DNA of 61,974 nt, counting the filler, from Chiloscyllium plagiosum (taxonomy: Eukaryota), in the NCBI RefSeq assembly GCF_004010195.1. It is 3 parts of one record of this genome, joined end to end, with 100 filler letters (N's around TTAATTAATTAA, not from the genome) between each part and the next. Parts side by side here need not be neighbours in the genome. Positions count along the whole stretch, not along the records: positions 1 to 27,211 come from NC_057712.1; 2 more parts are not named here. One strand, written 5' to 3'. Position 1 is the first letter of the stretch. Each line of letters begins with the position of its first letter. Of this stretch, positions 1-11,473 are shown piece after piece. The notes under the pieces were generated by a model. That model had not been told where the DNA came from. It saw only the letters and a list, made by a program, of their open reading frames with translations, and did not search any database. A program made the position numbers and the translations under genes.

Positions 1-428
1 GTTCCACATTTCCATGACATCCTTCCCTGACAGCCTATGCTCCCAATTTATGCTCCTCAGATCCTGTCTTACAGCATCGTAATTACCCTTCCCCCAATTG
101 TAAAACCTACCCTGTTGCACGCACCTATCTCTCTCCATAACCAAGGTGAAAGTCACAGAATTGTGGTCACCATCAGCAAAATGTTCACCCTCTAACAAGC
201 CCATCACTTGTCCCGGTTCATTACCGAGTACAAAATCCAATATGGCCTCCCCTCTGGTCGGACAATCTACATACTGAGTTAGAAAAGCTTCCTGGACACA
301 CTGCGCAAACACCGCCCTGTCCAATCTACTTGATCTAAAGAGCTTCCAATCAATATTTGGGAAGTTGAAATCGCCCATGATTACTACCCTGTGGCTTCTG
401 CACCTTTCCAAACTCTGTTTCCAGTCTG
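1..428 (-). mobile_element. CR1/HER1-like LINE fragment, ORF2 APE endonuclease region
   Basis: Minus strand reads RVVIMGDFNFP...LGNEPGQV...EHF.DGDHNS, the same motifs as other CR1 copies in the window (e.g. 43775-44470). Confidence 0.9.
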
Positions 429-599
429 TTTTTTCATGTTCTCCTGACACCTCTTCTGACAGTGTTGCAAACACCTCACTAGCCCTGCCTACCAACTTGG
501 TCTGAATCAACATAACACAATCTCTGGCCAGCTCTTCTATTAAGCCATTTTCTCAAAGGCAATGAAAAAGACTTCTACATTTTTTTTCAAATTTTTTTA

Positions 600-908
600 A
601 TCCGAAATCCTGAAATCTGAAAAGCTCCAAAGGTTTCTTCATGAAGTTTTTTTTTATTAATAAGGTTGTTTGGCATGCAAACAATTATCTCAGCTCCAGG
701 GCCACTTCACGCATGTCACTCAGATTGGACGAGGGTTGGCGTGGCCGACCACCAGCAGGCCTCAATACTGTCTCAGGGCCCATAGTACTGACAGTGAGTC
801 TGCTGTTCCGTACGATTTTTAAAAAATTTCACTGTCAAACTATCACTTATTTCAAATTCCGCAAACAGCTGGTCCCAAGTGTTTCGGATAAAGGATTGTG
901 TACCTGTA
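600..908. mobile_element. pogo/Tigger-like MITE remnant
   Basis: Right end ...TTCGGATAAAGGATTGTGTACCTG followed by TA; repeated TCCGAA-type subterminal motifs; left terminus lost. Confidence 0.6.
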
Positions 909-929
909 TTTGGACATATTCGTATATAT

Positions 930-1124
930 GGAGAAAAGTGAGGACTGCAGATGCTGGAGACCAGAGTTGAAAAATGTGGTGCTGGAAAAACACAGCAGGC
1001 CAGGCAGCATCCGAGGAGCAGGAGAATCGACGTTTCGGGCATAAGCCTTTCTTCAGCTCCTCGGATTCTCCTGCTCCTCGGATGCTGACTGGCCTGCTGT
1101 GTTTTTCCAGCACCACATTTTTCA
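930..1124. mobile_element. Penelope-like pLTR foldback insertion (family 1)
   Basis: Inverted arms (~968-1030 / ~1065-1126); 16-bp TSD ACATATT(C/T)GTATATAT at 914-929 and 1125-1140; hammerhead-like core on the minus strand. Confidence 0.8.
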
Positions 1125-1772
1125 ACATATTTGTATATATCCTTACCAGGCTGTTGGCTACAATGAGTTTGCTCATCATCACTTCTATCTTTTACTTTTC
1201 CACTGTCATTTCAAGTCATTTTGCATAAAGTTCCAACCTTAGTGTTTCCAACACAAACATTCTTTCCCTTTCTTTATCTTTTCCTCTGCTTTTAATTGTA
1301 AAGCAGTTTAAGCAAACTGTTTCATTCCTTTCTTCTCTCTCTTTCCCTTTTAAATTCACTTTCTAACTCCAATCGTCTCATTTGCAATTTAATTTTTTCT
1401 CCACTGCACTGGACTCTTTCTCTGGTATACCTAAATGCATGGCTAACTCCATTACAATTTCAGCTTCCTTAATATCCCAAGTTAAACCCAATTTTAGCCT
1501 GTTTGCTAATTCTGCAAGTGTCACCTTTTTCTGTTTTTGTAAACTTTCTTGGAAAATTTGGGCAGCATCTTCAACACCCAGAATCTCTTTAGCAATGTTA
1601 AGAGCCATTTCCCCACTATTGATTTAACCAACAAACAATTGAAATTAAACAGATTTTCTGTTTCTCACTTAAGTTTTATTTAAAGACCTAGGACGCTAGT
1701 CCCCAAATCTGTGTAGATCTGCTGGGATCTTTCTTACCTCAAACCTATTCAAATCTATCCAAAACTTGGCAA

Positions 1773-1781
1773 GAGCCCCCA
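1773..1781 (-). promoter_or_regulatory. Primer binding site, tRNA-Pro-like
   Basis: TGGGGGCTC lies 3 nt after the LTR end (...AACA) and matches the first 9 nt of the tRNA-Pro PBS TGGGGGCTCGTCCGGGAT. Confidence 0.65.
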
Positions 1782-1784
1782 ATC

Positions 1785-3191
1785 TGTTATAAAGTGGAGG
1801 TTGACCCCACTCTGAGAACTAAAACCAACACACCAAAAGAGAAGCATTTCACTCTATAATCTGTAAATGAGTGTGGAAAGTAGTATAACCTGCTTTTCAG
1901 CAACTTCTAGCGGTTAAAGGAAATAAATCCCTGACATTCATTTTAAAATCAACAAGTAGCAATTTATTTATCTAACTCTAACAGTTAAGAAATTAACTAA
2001 ACTCTTAACGAATTGAATAAATCCCTTCTAGCTACTAACTATTCCTGAATGAAACAAGTTTCTGATGGCAGCTGTACCAATAAATACGAAACCCATGCAT
2101 ATAACAAATAATAAAATATAGTCTCTTGAAATTATAGCCAGGTTACATGTCTTCTGGAATGTTCTGTGCCTTCTCCGTTGACCCTTCTGTCAGGAAAGCC
2201 TTCTCTGTTTATTCTTCTGTCAGGAATATTCACTAATTGTGCAGTTGTGCTGTTGTTATTTAGCTGGTGCTTTTTCTAAGACAGAGGTGAGGATATGGGA
2301 GCCAGCAATTCTCTCATGAGAGCTGAGGGCCATTAGCTCGTGCGGATTGCAGATATCTCTGGGGTCATTGTCCAACTGCCCCTTTCTTTTATACCCATGA
2401 TGATGTGCTGAAAATGTGTTGCTGGAAAAGCGCATCAGGTCAGGCAGCATCCAAGGAACAGGAGAATAGACGTTTCAGGCATAAGCCCTTCTTCAGGAAT
2501 GAGGAAAGTGTGTCCAGCAGGCTAAGATAAAAGGTAGGGAGGAGGGACTTGGTCCGGAGTTCGTGCGGGATCAGTCGGTTCCGTACGCAGATGCTGAGGA
2601 AGGAGATGTGGCTGTGGTAGTGAGTCTGTTTGAGAACGTGGCTGAAGAGCTTCTGTGCGTTTGAGAACGTGGCTGAAGAGCTTCTGTGCAATTCCAACGC
2701 CCCTCCCCCAAGTCGTTCCTCCCTACCTTTTATCTTTGCCTGCTGGACACACTTTCCTCATTCCTGAAGAAGAGCTTATGCCCGAAACATCGATTCTCCT
2801 GTTCCTGATGCTGCCTGACCTGCTGCGCTTTTCCAGCAACACATTTTCAGCTCTGATCTCCAGCATCTGCAGTCCTCACTTTCTCCTACCCATGATGATG
2901 TATCAATATTTCTTACAATAGGATTGGTCCTATGTTGTCAAAATCATCAGATTTAAATTTAATAGGTTTTTGGGTGTCTAAGTACCAGGTTCAAATTGAT
3001 TGGCTAAGTTCAAAAGCCTGTTGTTTTAGTTAAACTGCTGTTTGGCATGCTAACTATATGGCCTTTTGATACAAATGTTTCAGTTCGGGTACTCTCTGTG
3101 CACCTGCAAACTTGATATCCATTTTAAATCTTCAAGCACTGGAAAAGTACCACATTTTAAAGAGACCACATAATGCTTTCCCCATTTTACA
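1785..3191 (-). mobile_element. 5' LTR of the Gypsy element
   Basis: Minus strand starts TGTAAAATGG and ends TATAACA, followed by PBS and gag; contains a Penelope insertion. Confidence 0.7.
2407..2886. mobile_element. Penelope-like foldback (family 1) with captured ORF segment
   Basis: Inverted pLTR arms; perfect 15-bp TSD TACCCATGATGATGT at 2392-2406 and 2887-2901; internal 31-bp tandem duplication at 2628-2689. Confidence 0.85.
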
Positions 3192-4129
3192 ATTTTACAA
3201 ATATCAAATTCTAACTTCCTACCTCCCAATCTACAACGAATCTACCCAACTTCACAACACTTCTTAACAACTCCATCCACCTATGCAGTCACCTTCAAGG
3301 ATTGGTGGATAAGCACCCCAAGACCCTCGGTTCCTCAGAGCTTCCTAGTATTTGGCATTGAGTACTTCTTTGTCTTGTTTCTTCTTCCAAGGCATATTAT
3401 CTCATGTTTATCAGGGATTCTAATGCAGGATGTGGGTTGGTCCTCGAGCCCTGAGCCGTGGATGTTGTCCTGCTCTATACGTTTGCTTTCTTCCATCCGG
3501 GTGGACCTTTGCTCTGTAGTCTCGCACTTGCAGCTCCTTCCAGTTATCTTGAGAAACTATCCAAATTGATTATTCCTTACTCCTTTCCCTCTATGGCTAG
3601 ACAGAGCAGCATTTTGTGTTACTGACTACTCTGAGTGACCACCGTGTCAGTACTGCCTGATGGCAGGATAGAGGCAACATGTACCAAATCCTAATTCTTT
3701 TCTCATACTGTGAAAGGTGCATAATATAGGACTGTCCAAAATAAGCCGATGATTCATGATAGAGCAAATTTCAGCCAGAACTTTGCTCTTCAGCCACAGC
3801 TGAAGTTGATATCATCTAGCCAACCTAATGAGTCAGTTCTTTATCAGAGATCATCAAACCTGACTCCACTGCACACCTACTCACACAGGAATAGGAGTAG
3901 GCTATTCAGTCCACCAAGCCAACCCTACCATTCAATACCATCATAGCTGCATGTATTTCCCCATTTTGTATCTTTTTGTCTTCCATATATAATGTGATGA
4001 AAAGTGCTTTTATCTGATTATCATTTTTGGACGGTGGATTTACAAATGGAGAGAGAGGAATTTAGTCAGTTCTATGAAATTTTCTTGAGTTAAAAAAATT
4101 AGAAAGTTAATCATGAACAGTGACTAGAA

Positions 4130-5520
4130 TACATAACTGTAACTTTCAGGGAGCTATTGACTTGAACCCCAAGGTCCCTCTGTACAGCAATGCAGTTCAG
4201 GGTCCAGCTATTAACTGTTTACTTTTCCTTAACATTTGATCTCTCAAAGTACCGGATTAAACTCCATCTGCCATTTTCCCGCCCATATTTACGACTGATC
4301 TATATTCTGCTGTATCCTTTGAAAATTTGTACCCACAGTGAGATTAAAGATCTTGGTCCAAGCCCCAGCAATCTCCTCTCTTGCTTTGCTCGACAACTTG
4401 GGGTAGATATAATCGGGCCCTAGGGACTTATTACACACCTTACAGTTCTTCAAGAGACCCAGCACAACTTAGAACTTAGAACATAGAAATGTACAGTGCA
4501 GAAAGTTGTCAAATGTGATGCCAAATTAAACTAATTCCATGTGCCAGCTCTTGCTCTATCTCCCTTCATTCCTTGCATAATCATATGCTTATCTAAAAGT
4601 CCCTTATTGTATCCGCATCCACCCCCACACCTAACAGTGCGTTCCAGACACCTAGGATTCTCTGTGTCAAAAATCAACCCGTCACATCTCCTTTGAACTT
4701 GCACCCCTCACCTTAAATGTATGTCCCCTCATATTAGACATTTCAACTCTGAGAAAAAGATTCTGAACATCAATCCTAGTGACCAGAATTGAACTCAATT
4801 GTCTAAGTGTGGCATAACCAAAGAATTATAAAGCTGCAACATAAACTGAATACACAATCAATAAAAACAAGCATGCTATATGCCTTCTTTACCACCCTAT
4901 CAATTGAATGGCCACTTTCAGAGAGCGATGGACTTGGGCGGCACGGTGGCTCAGTGGTTAGCACTGCTGCCTCACAGCACCAGGGTCCCAGGTTCAATTC
5001 TCAGCCTTGGGCGACTGTTTGTGTGGAGTTTGTATATTCTCTCCGTGTTTGCGTGAGTTTCCTCCAAGTGCTCCAATTTCCTTCCACAGTCCAAAGATGT
5101 GTAGGTCAAGTGAATTGGCCATGCTAAATTGCCCATAGTGCTGGGTGCATTAGTCAGAGGGAAATGGGTCTGGGTGGGTTACTCTTCGGAGGGTCGGTGT
5201 GGACTTGTTGGGCCGAATGGCCTGTTTCCACACTGTAAGGAACTTAATCTAAAAAAAACCCCAAAATCCCTCTGTATATCAATGCTGTTCAGGATCCTGC
5301 AATTAACTGCATACTTTTCCTTCACATTTGATCTCCCAAAGCTCAGTACCTCACACTTACCTGGAATAAACTCCATTTCTCTACCAACATCCACTGTTCT
5401 ATCCTTATCAATCATCTTTGTCATCTTTCAGAAGAATTCAATCAAATTTGTAAGACATGACCTACACTACATAAAGCCATACTGATTGCCCCAATTACAT
5501 CACACTTTTCTAAACACCCA
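4130..5520 (-). mobile_element. Fragmented CR1 LINE pieces (RT C-terminus and 3' UTR)
   Basis: Minus-strand peptides KCEVLSFGRSN...QRDFGV and DRVVKKAYSML; CR1 3' tail near 4470-4500; split by an HE1 SINE. Confidence 0.8.
4936..5255 (+). mobile_element. HE1-type V-SINE
   Basis: tRNA-like head (A box TGGCTCAGTGG, B box GGTTCAATTC), V-domain GTGGAGTTTG...CCACAGTCCAAAGATGTG, CR1-derived tail ending TAATCT. Confidence 0.92.
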
Positions 5521-5559
5521 AAGAACAGTACAGCACAGGAACAGGTGCTTCAGTCCATT

Positions 5560-8080
5560 AGTCCCTGGACTCAGTCGGACAGGTCACGAGATCTCCGGGG
5601 AGCAGCGGAGTCTGTCGGGATAGGAGAGTATACGGTTTAAATTTCTTTTAGTTTCAGTTTTTCTCAGTTCCTGGATGCAGTTGGAGAGGTCACGACGTCA
5701 CATATTTGGGCAGTTGCTTTACCTGAAACACTACTTGGATAGTGTCCCCCACCCATCCTCCTCCTCGAACCAAAAACAATGTTCTGTGTGTCAGTTGGTA
5801 AGATGACAAGCATTTTCTTTCGTGTTTCATTGGTTTTTTTTCCTGTCAGTCTACTTGGGAATTTAGATTAGCGGGAATGGAGGGGAGGGCAGTTGAATGT
5901 TCTTCCTGCAGCATTTGGGAGGTAAGGGTCCCTGCTGACTTTATTTGTGGGAAGTGTACCTAACTCCAGCTCCTCAAGAAGAGTGTTAGGGAACTGGAGC
6001 TGGATGAATTTTGGATCATTCAGAAGGCGGAGTGGGTTATTGAGAGGAGTTACAGGGAGGTAGTTATTCCACAGCTGAGATAATGTTTGAGAACTCATTC
6101 GCTGAGGTAGTTTGGGCGGAGGTTAGAAACAGGAAACGAGAGTTCACTCTGTTGGGAGTATTCTATAGGCCTCCAAATTGTTCCAGGGATGTAAATGGAA
6201 GGATAGCAAAGTTGATTCTTGATAGGAGCGAGAGTAACAGGATAGTTGGAGAACGTTAACTTCCCTAATATTGACTGAGAATACTATCCTTCAAGTAGTT
6301 TAGATGGGTCAGTTTTTGTTCAATGTATGATGCGAGGGTTTTCTGACATGGAGTTTAGACAGGCCAACAAGGGGCAATGCTATATATTGGATTTAGAACT
6401 GGGTAGTGAACCCGGCCAGATGTTAGATTTGGAGTTCGGTGAGCACTTTGGCGACAGTGACCATAATTCAGTTATGTTCATAATAGCAATGGGCAGGGAT
6501 AGGTATATACCACAGGGAAAGAGGTAAAACTGGGGGAAAAGGCAACAAGGATGCGATTAGGCAAGATTTAGGATGCATAGAATGGGAAGGAAACTGCAGG
6601 GGATGGACACTCTTGAAATGTGGAGCTTATTCAAGGAACAGCTACTGCAGGTCCTTGATAAGTATATACCTATCAGGCAGGGAATTGTCAAGAGAGGGAG
6701 CCATGATTTACTAAAAAAGTTGAAGCACTTGTCAAGAGGAAGAGGGAGGCTTATGTGAGAATGAGGCATGAAAGCTCAGTTAGGGAGCTTAAGAATTGTA
6801 AGTTAGCCAGAAAAGATGTAAAGAGAGGGCTAAGCAGAGCCAGGATGGGACATGAGAAGTTGTTGGCAGATAGGATCATGGAAAACCCTAAGGCCGTCTA
6901 TTGGTATATCAGGAGTAAAGGAGTGACTAGAGTAAGATTAGGGCCAATCAAAGATAGTAGTGAAAGGTTGGGTGTGGAATCCAAGGACATGGGGAAGTGC
7001 TTAATGAATACGTTTGGTCAGTATTCACATTGGAAAAGGGCAATGTTATTGAGAATATGGAGATACAGGCTACTAGATTAGATGGGATTGAGGTTGACAA
7101 AGAGGAGGTTTTAACAATTTTGGAAAATCTGAAAATAGATAAGACCCCAAGGTCGGATGGGTTTAATCCTCGGATTCTCTGGGAAGCCAGGTCGGAGAAT
7201 GCAGAGCTTTTGGCTTCGAATTTTATGTCATCATTGTCAACAGGAGTAGTACCAGTATAGCAAATTTATTCCCTTGTTTAAGAAGGGGAGTCGGGACAAC
7301 TTTGGTAATTATAGGCCAGTGAGCCTTACTTCAGTTGTGGGTAAGGTGTTGGAAAAGGTTATAAGAGATAGGATTTATAATCATCTGGAAAGGAATAATT
7401 TGATAAGGGATAGTGAACACTGTTTTGAGAAGGTAGGGCGTATCTCACTAACTTTACAGAGTTAATCGAGAAGGTGACAAAACAGGTGGATAAAGGTAAG
7501 GCGGTTGATGTGGACTTCAGCAAGGCGGTTGAAGGTTCCACACAGTAGGCTATTGCACAAAATAAAGAGTTTCAGGTTTGAAAGTGATTTAGTGGTTTGG
7601 ATTAGAAATTGGCTAGCTGAAAGAAGACAGAGGGTGGTGGTTGATGGCAAATATTCATCATGGAGCTGAGGAAAGGCTAAGGGACTTGAGGCTGTTTCCA
7701 TTGGAGAGAAGGTTGACAGGTGACTTAATTGAGATGTATAAGATAATCAGAAGGTTAGAGAGGGTGGACAGTGAGAGCCTTTTTCCTTGGATGGTGAAGG
7801 CTAACACGAGGGGACATAGCTTTAAATTAAGGGATGATAGATTTAGGACAGATATCAAGGGTAGTTTCTTTACTCAGAGTAGTATGGGCACAGAACAGCC
7901 TGCCTGCAGTAGTAGTAGTAGTAGACTTGCTGATGTTAAGAACATTTAAGTGGGCATTGGACATACATATGGATAATTTTGGAATGGTGTAGGCTAGATG
8001 GGCATCAGATTAATGTTGCAGGTCAGCGCAACGTCGAGGGCCGAAGAGCCTGTACTATGCTGTAATGTTCTATGCTCTAT
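5560..8080 (+). mobile_element. CR1 LINE, internally deleted and frameshifted
   Basis: ORF1 Cys-rich remnant ~5870-6080; APE (EHFGDSDHNS); RT (NYRPVSLTSVVGKVLE); C-terminus (NTRGHSFKL); 3' tail TGTTCTATG. Confidence 0.92.
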
Positions 8081-8094
8081 CTTCTACAATGTCC

Positions 8095-8960
8095 GTAAGG
8101 ATGTGAGGACTGAAGATTAGAGTCGAATGTTATGGCGCTGGGAAAGTGCAGCAGGTCAGGCAGCATCCAAGGAGCAAGAGAGTTGACATTTCTAGTATCA
8201 GCCCTTCATCAGGAATTTCCACCATTTCTGCCACCTACAGTCAGACCACACCACCTGTGATATATTTCCCTCTCCAGTACTATCAGCATTCTGCAGAAAC
8301 CATTCCCTCCGCGACTCCTTCGTTAGGTCCACACCCCTCACCAATCCACCCTTCACCTTCCCTTGCCACAGCAAGAGGTGTAAAACCTGCACCCACATCT
8401 CCCCCTTCACCTTCATCCAAGGCCCCAAAGGATCCTTCCACACACACCAGAGATTTTCCTGCACATCCAAACACCTCATCTACTGTGTCCATTACAATCA
8501 ATGTGGCCTCCTCTACATTGGGGAGACAGGACTCCAACTTGTGGAATGGTTCAAAGAACATCTCTGGGACACACACACTCCACAACCCCACTGCCCTTGT
8601 GGCCAACAACTTCAACTCCCCCTCCCACTCCGCCAAGGACATGCAAGTCCTGGGCCTCCTCCACCGCCAAATTCTAGCCATCTGACACCTGGAGGAAAAA
8701 CTCATCTTCCAACTTTGGATATTCCAACCACAAGGCATCAATGTCGATTTCATCAGTTTCCTCTTCTCCCTCCCCCACCTCATCCCTGATCCAACCCTCC
8801 AACTCGGCACCACCCTCATGAATTGTCCTAACTGTCCATCTTCCTTCCCACCTCTCTGCTCCACCCTCTGCTCTGACCCACAATCACACCCCCACCTGTA
8901 GTCTTCTAAGCCACCTTCCTCCCAGCCTTACCACCTTCATATTTATCTCTCAGCCTCCTT
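8095..8960 (+). mobile_element. Penelope-like element: GIY-YIG endonuclease region with inverted pLTR
   Basis: HLIYCVH..QCGLLYIGETG...FKEHL...VANNFNSPSHS is a GIY-YIG signature; an inverted pLTR segment lies at ~8095-8215. Confidence 0.88.
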
Positions 8961-8964
8961 CACC

Positions 8965-9530
8965 TGCCATAATGTCTGTGCCAACCATGATGCCATCCTA
9001 AACGAATCCTATGTGCTTGCACAATATCGGCATCCCTCTATTCCCTGCCTGTTCATGTGTCTATCTAAGCACATCTTAAACTTTGATATCATCTGTGATT
9101 CTACCACCTCCATTGGCAGTGCATTTCAGGCACCTATCCTCTCTGTAAAAACACTTCCCTCACACATCATCATCTTTTTTACCTCTCAGCTTAAACCTAT
9201 GCCCCCTAGTACTTCACATTTCTGCCCTGGGAAAAAAAACTACAATTATCCACTCTCCATACCTCTCTTAATTATATATACTTCTACTAAGTCACTCTTG
9301 AGCCTCCAATGCTCTAGCAAAAACGACCGCTTTTCAATTCAGGCAACATCCTAGTAAAATTCTTTTGCACCCTAACAAAAGTCTTCATATCCTCCTGTAG
9401 TGTGGTAACCAGAATTGTACACAACACTCCAAATGTGGCATATTTAAAGTTGCATACAGCTGCAACATGACTTGCCAACTTTTTTACTCAGTGAATCAAT
9501 CAATAAATTTAAGCATGCAATATGCGATTT
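8965..9530 (-). mobile_element. CR1 3' fragment (old)
   Basis: Similar to the RT C-terminus and 3' UTR of the other CR1 copies. Confidence 0.75.
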
Positions 9531-10082
9531 GAGACCATCTGAGACAAATCAACACTCAACACCATGGAAGTGAAGAACTTCAGGAGGCAGATTTCCTGAA
9601 CACTTGAGTCCACTGTCCAGTAGTTCATTATAGATGAGCAAGTCAAAACAGAAATGGATTACTGATTGCCCAGTGTTTCGCAAAAACCCAGCCAAAGGAA
9701 GTGAACCTCGAAGCAGTTCTCCAGCAGCTTGACTTGCCTGGTTTCACACCATTTCTGTAACTTGCCCCAGCCCTGACAACCTTTCATGATTCAAGCTGAT
9801 TGCCAATATTTACCTTCCCACCAGCCGCCTCATCTCTAACCTCGGGAATTCTTCTATGATCCTTTGTCGGACTTCTCAGTCAGCTTTGACAAAGTTTTGG
9901 GACATTTGGTGCAAGTATCCAGTCAGTGGAGAAGGTCTGCTCAGTTAAGGGCACTACATAAATGTACTGCTTGTTGCTGTTGTTTCTGTTTCTAAGAAAC
10001 CAACCAACATTCACGAGGTCACTTAGCCAACCTTTGGGCATTCAGCAGCTTGCTAGCAGGACAAAGGTGGGTTTTCCTTTCA

Positions 10083-11150
10083 TAAGGCCATAAGGCATAG
10101 GAGTGGAAATAAGGCCCAGCGAGTCCACTTTGCCATTCAATCATGGCTGATGGGCATTTTAACACCACTTACACGCACTCTCCCCGTATCCCTTAATTCC
10201 TTGCAAATTAAGACTTCATCAATGCCTTGAAGACATTTAACGTCCTGGCCTCTACTGTGCTCAGTGGCAGTGAATTCCACAGGCCCACCATTCTCTGGCT
10301 GAAAACATATCTCAGCACTTCTGTTCTAAATTGACCCGCTCTAATTCCAAGGCTGTGCCCACGGATCCTAGAATGCCCACCTGATGGAAACAAATTCCCA
10401 GTGTCCACGTTTTCTAAGCCATGTATTATCTTGTAAGTTTCCATTAGCTCTCCCCTCAACCTTCTAAACTCTAATGAATACAATATCAGGATCCTCAGCT
10501 GTTCATCATATGTTAGGCCTACCGTTCCAGGGATCATCATGTGAATCTCCGTTGGACACGCTCCAGTGCCAGTATGTCTTTCCTGAGGTGTGGGGCCCAA
10601 AACTGGACACAGTATTCCAAATGGGGCCTAACCAGAGCTTTTTAAAGTCTCAGTAGCACATCGCTGCCTTTACATACCAACCCTCGAGATAAATTACATT
10701 GCATTTGCTTTCTTAACCATGGACTCAACCTGCAAGTCAACCTTTAGAGAATTCTGGACTAGCGCTCCCAGATCCCTTTGTACTTTGGCTTTAGGAATTT
10801 TCTCACCCTTTAGAAAATAGTCTGTCCCTGTATTCTTTTTTCGGAAGTGCAAGACCTCGCATTTGCTCACATTGAATTTCATCAGTCATTTTTTTGGACC
10901 ACTTTCCTCAACTGTCCAAATCTTTCTGCAACCATCCTCCGCCGCCGTCCTCCTCCTCCTCAGAACTACCTGCCTGTCCATCTAACTTTGTATCATAGGC
11001 AAACTTCACCAGAATGCCCCTAGTCCCTTCAGCCGTGAACAGCTGCAACTCCAACATTGAACCCTGCAGGACCCAGGACTCCACTTGTCACGAGCTGCCA
11101 TTCCCAACTCTCTGTCTTCTGTCTGACAGCCAATCCTCAATCCATGCCAT
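10083..11150 (-). mobile_element. CR1 3' fragment
   Basis: ORFs 10208-10600 (LYSLEFRRLRGELMETYKI...IRGHSL) and 10694-10882 (MKFNVSKCEVLHF). Confidence 0.92.
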
Positions 11151-11168
11151 CGTGGTACTTAGCGGTGG

Positions 11169-11241
11169 GCAGCTGCAAACATCTGACTGAAAGCTCAAAC
11201 CGAGTACCTCACAACTTTCAGTCGAGGATGTTTACAGTAGC
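11169..11241 (-). ncRNA. mir-30: mir-30 family microRNA precursor (30a/d/e-type)
   Basis: 5p arm 11236-11215 UGUAAACAUCCUCGACUGAAAG (1 nt from miR-30a-5p); 3p arm 11193-11172 CUUUCAGUCAGAUGUUUGCAGC (1 nt from miR-30a-3p); 21-nt loop containing UGUG; CCAC (CNNC) 17-20 nt downstream. Confidence 0.95.
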
Positions 11242-11473
11242 ACACGCTGTTTCGGGAATCCTATCGGACAGTACCATCTCAAAATCCGCTAGCGGGAGCA
11301 AAACCGATAATTTGATAAAAGAAATTAAAAAATTGAGTTATCGATTGGATAGAGACTGCGAAAGACTAGGTTTATCAAATAAACAAATTAATTCGCAGCA
11401 GATTGAGCAAGGTCACCCAACGCGTGACTCACCGGAATGGGTAAGTCAGCTGTCAAAGGTAGAAAAAACATTC

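Larger units (their letters stand above)
430..1630 (-). mobile_element. Degenerate Gypsy (Gmr1-like) gag, interrupted by a MITE and a Penelope foldback
   Basis: ORF 1378-1608 (MALNIAKEILG...) lies just downstream of a PBS/LTR. 430-580 reads VEVFFIAFEKMA..SWP...IQTKLVGRASEVFATLSEE, a capsid-like segment typical of Gmr1-type gag. Confidence 0.7.

Noticed and set aside
974..1228. Recurrent small ORFs (MCCWKSAAGQAASKEQENRRFG and MPETSILLLLGCCL) as a peptide family
   Set aside because: They are incidental translations of the Penelope pLTR on both strands, with inconsistent starts and ends.
4936..5010. tRNA genes at GGCACGGTGGC...GGTTCAATTC motifs
   Set aside because: All continue into the HE1 V-domain, so they are SINE heads.
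1..11160. mir-30b/c cluster partner
   Set aside because: I found no GAGTGTAGGATGTTTACA-like sequence by eye; a partner may lie outside the window.
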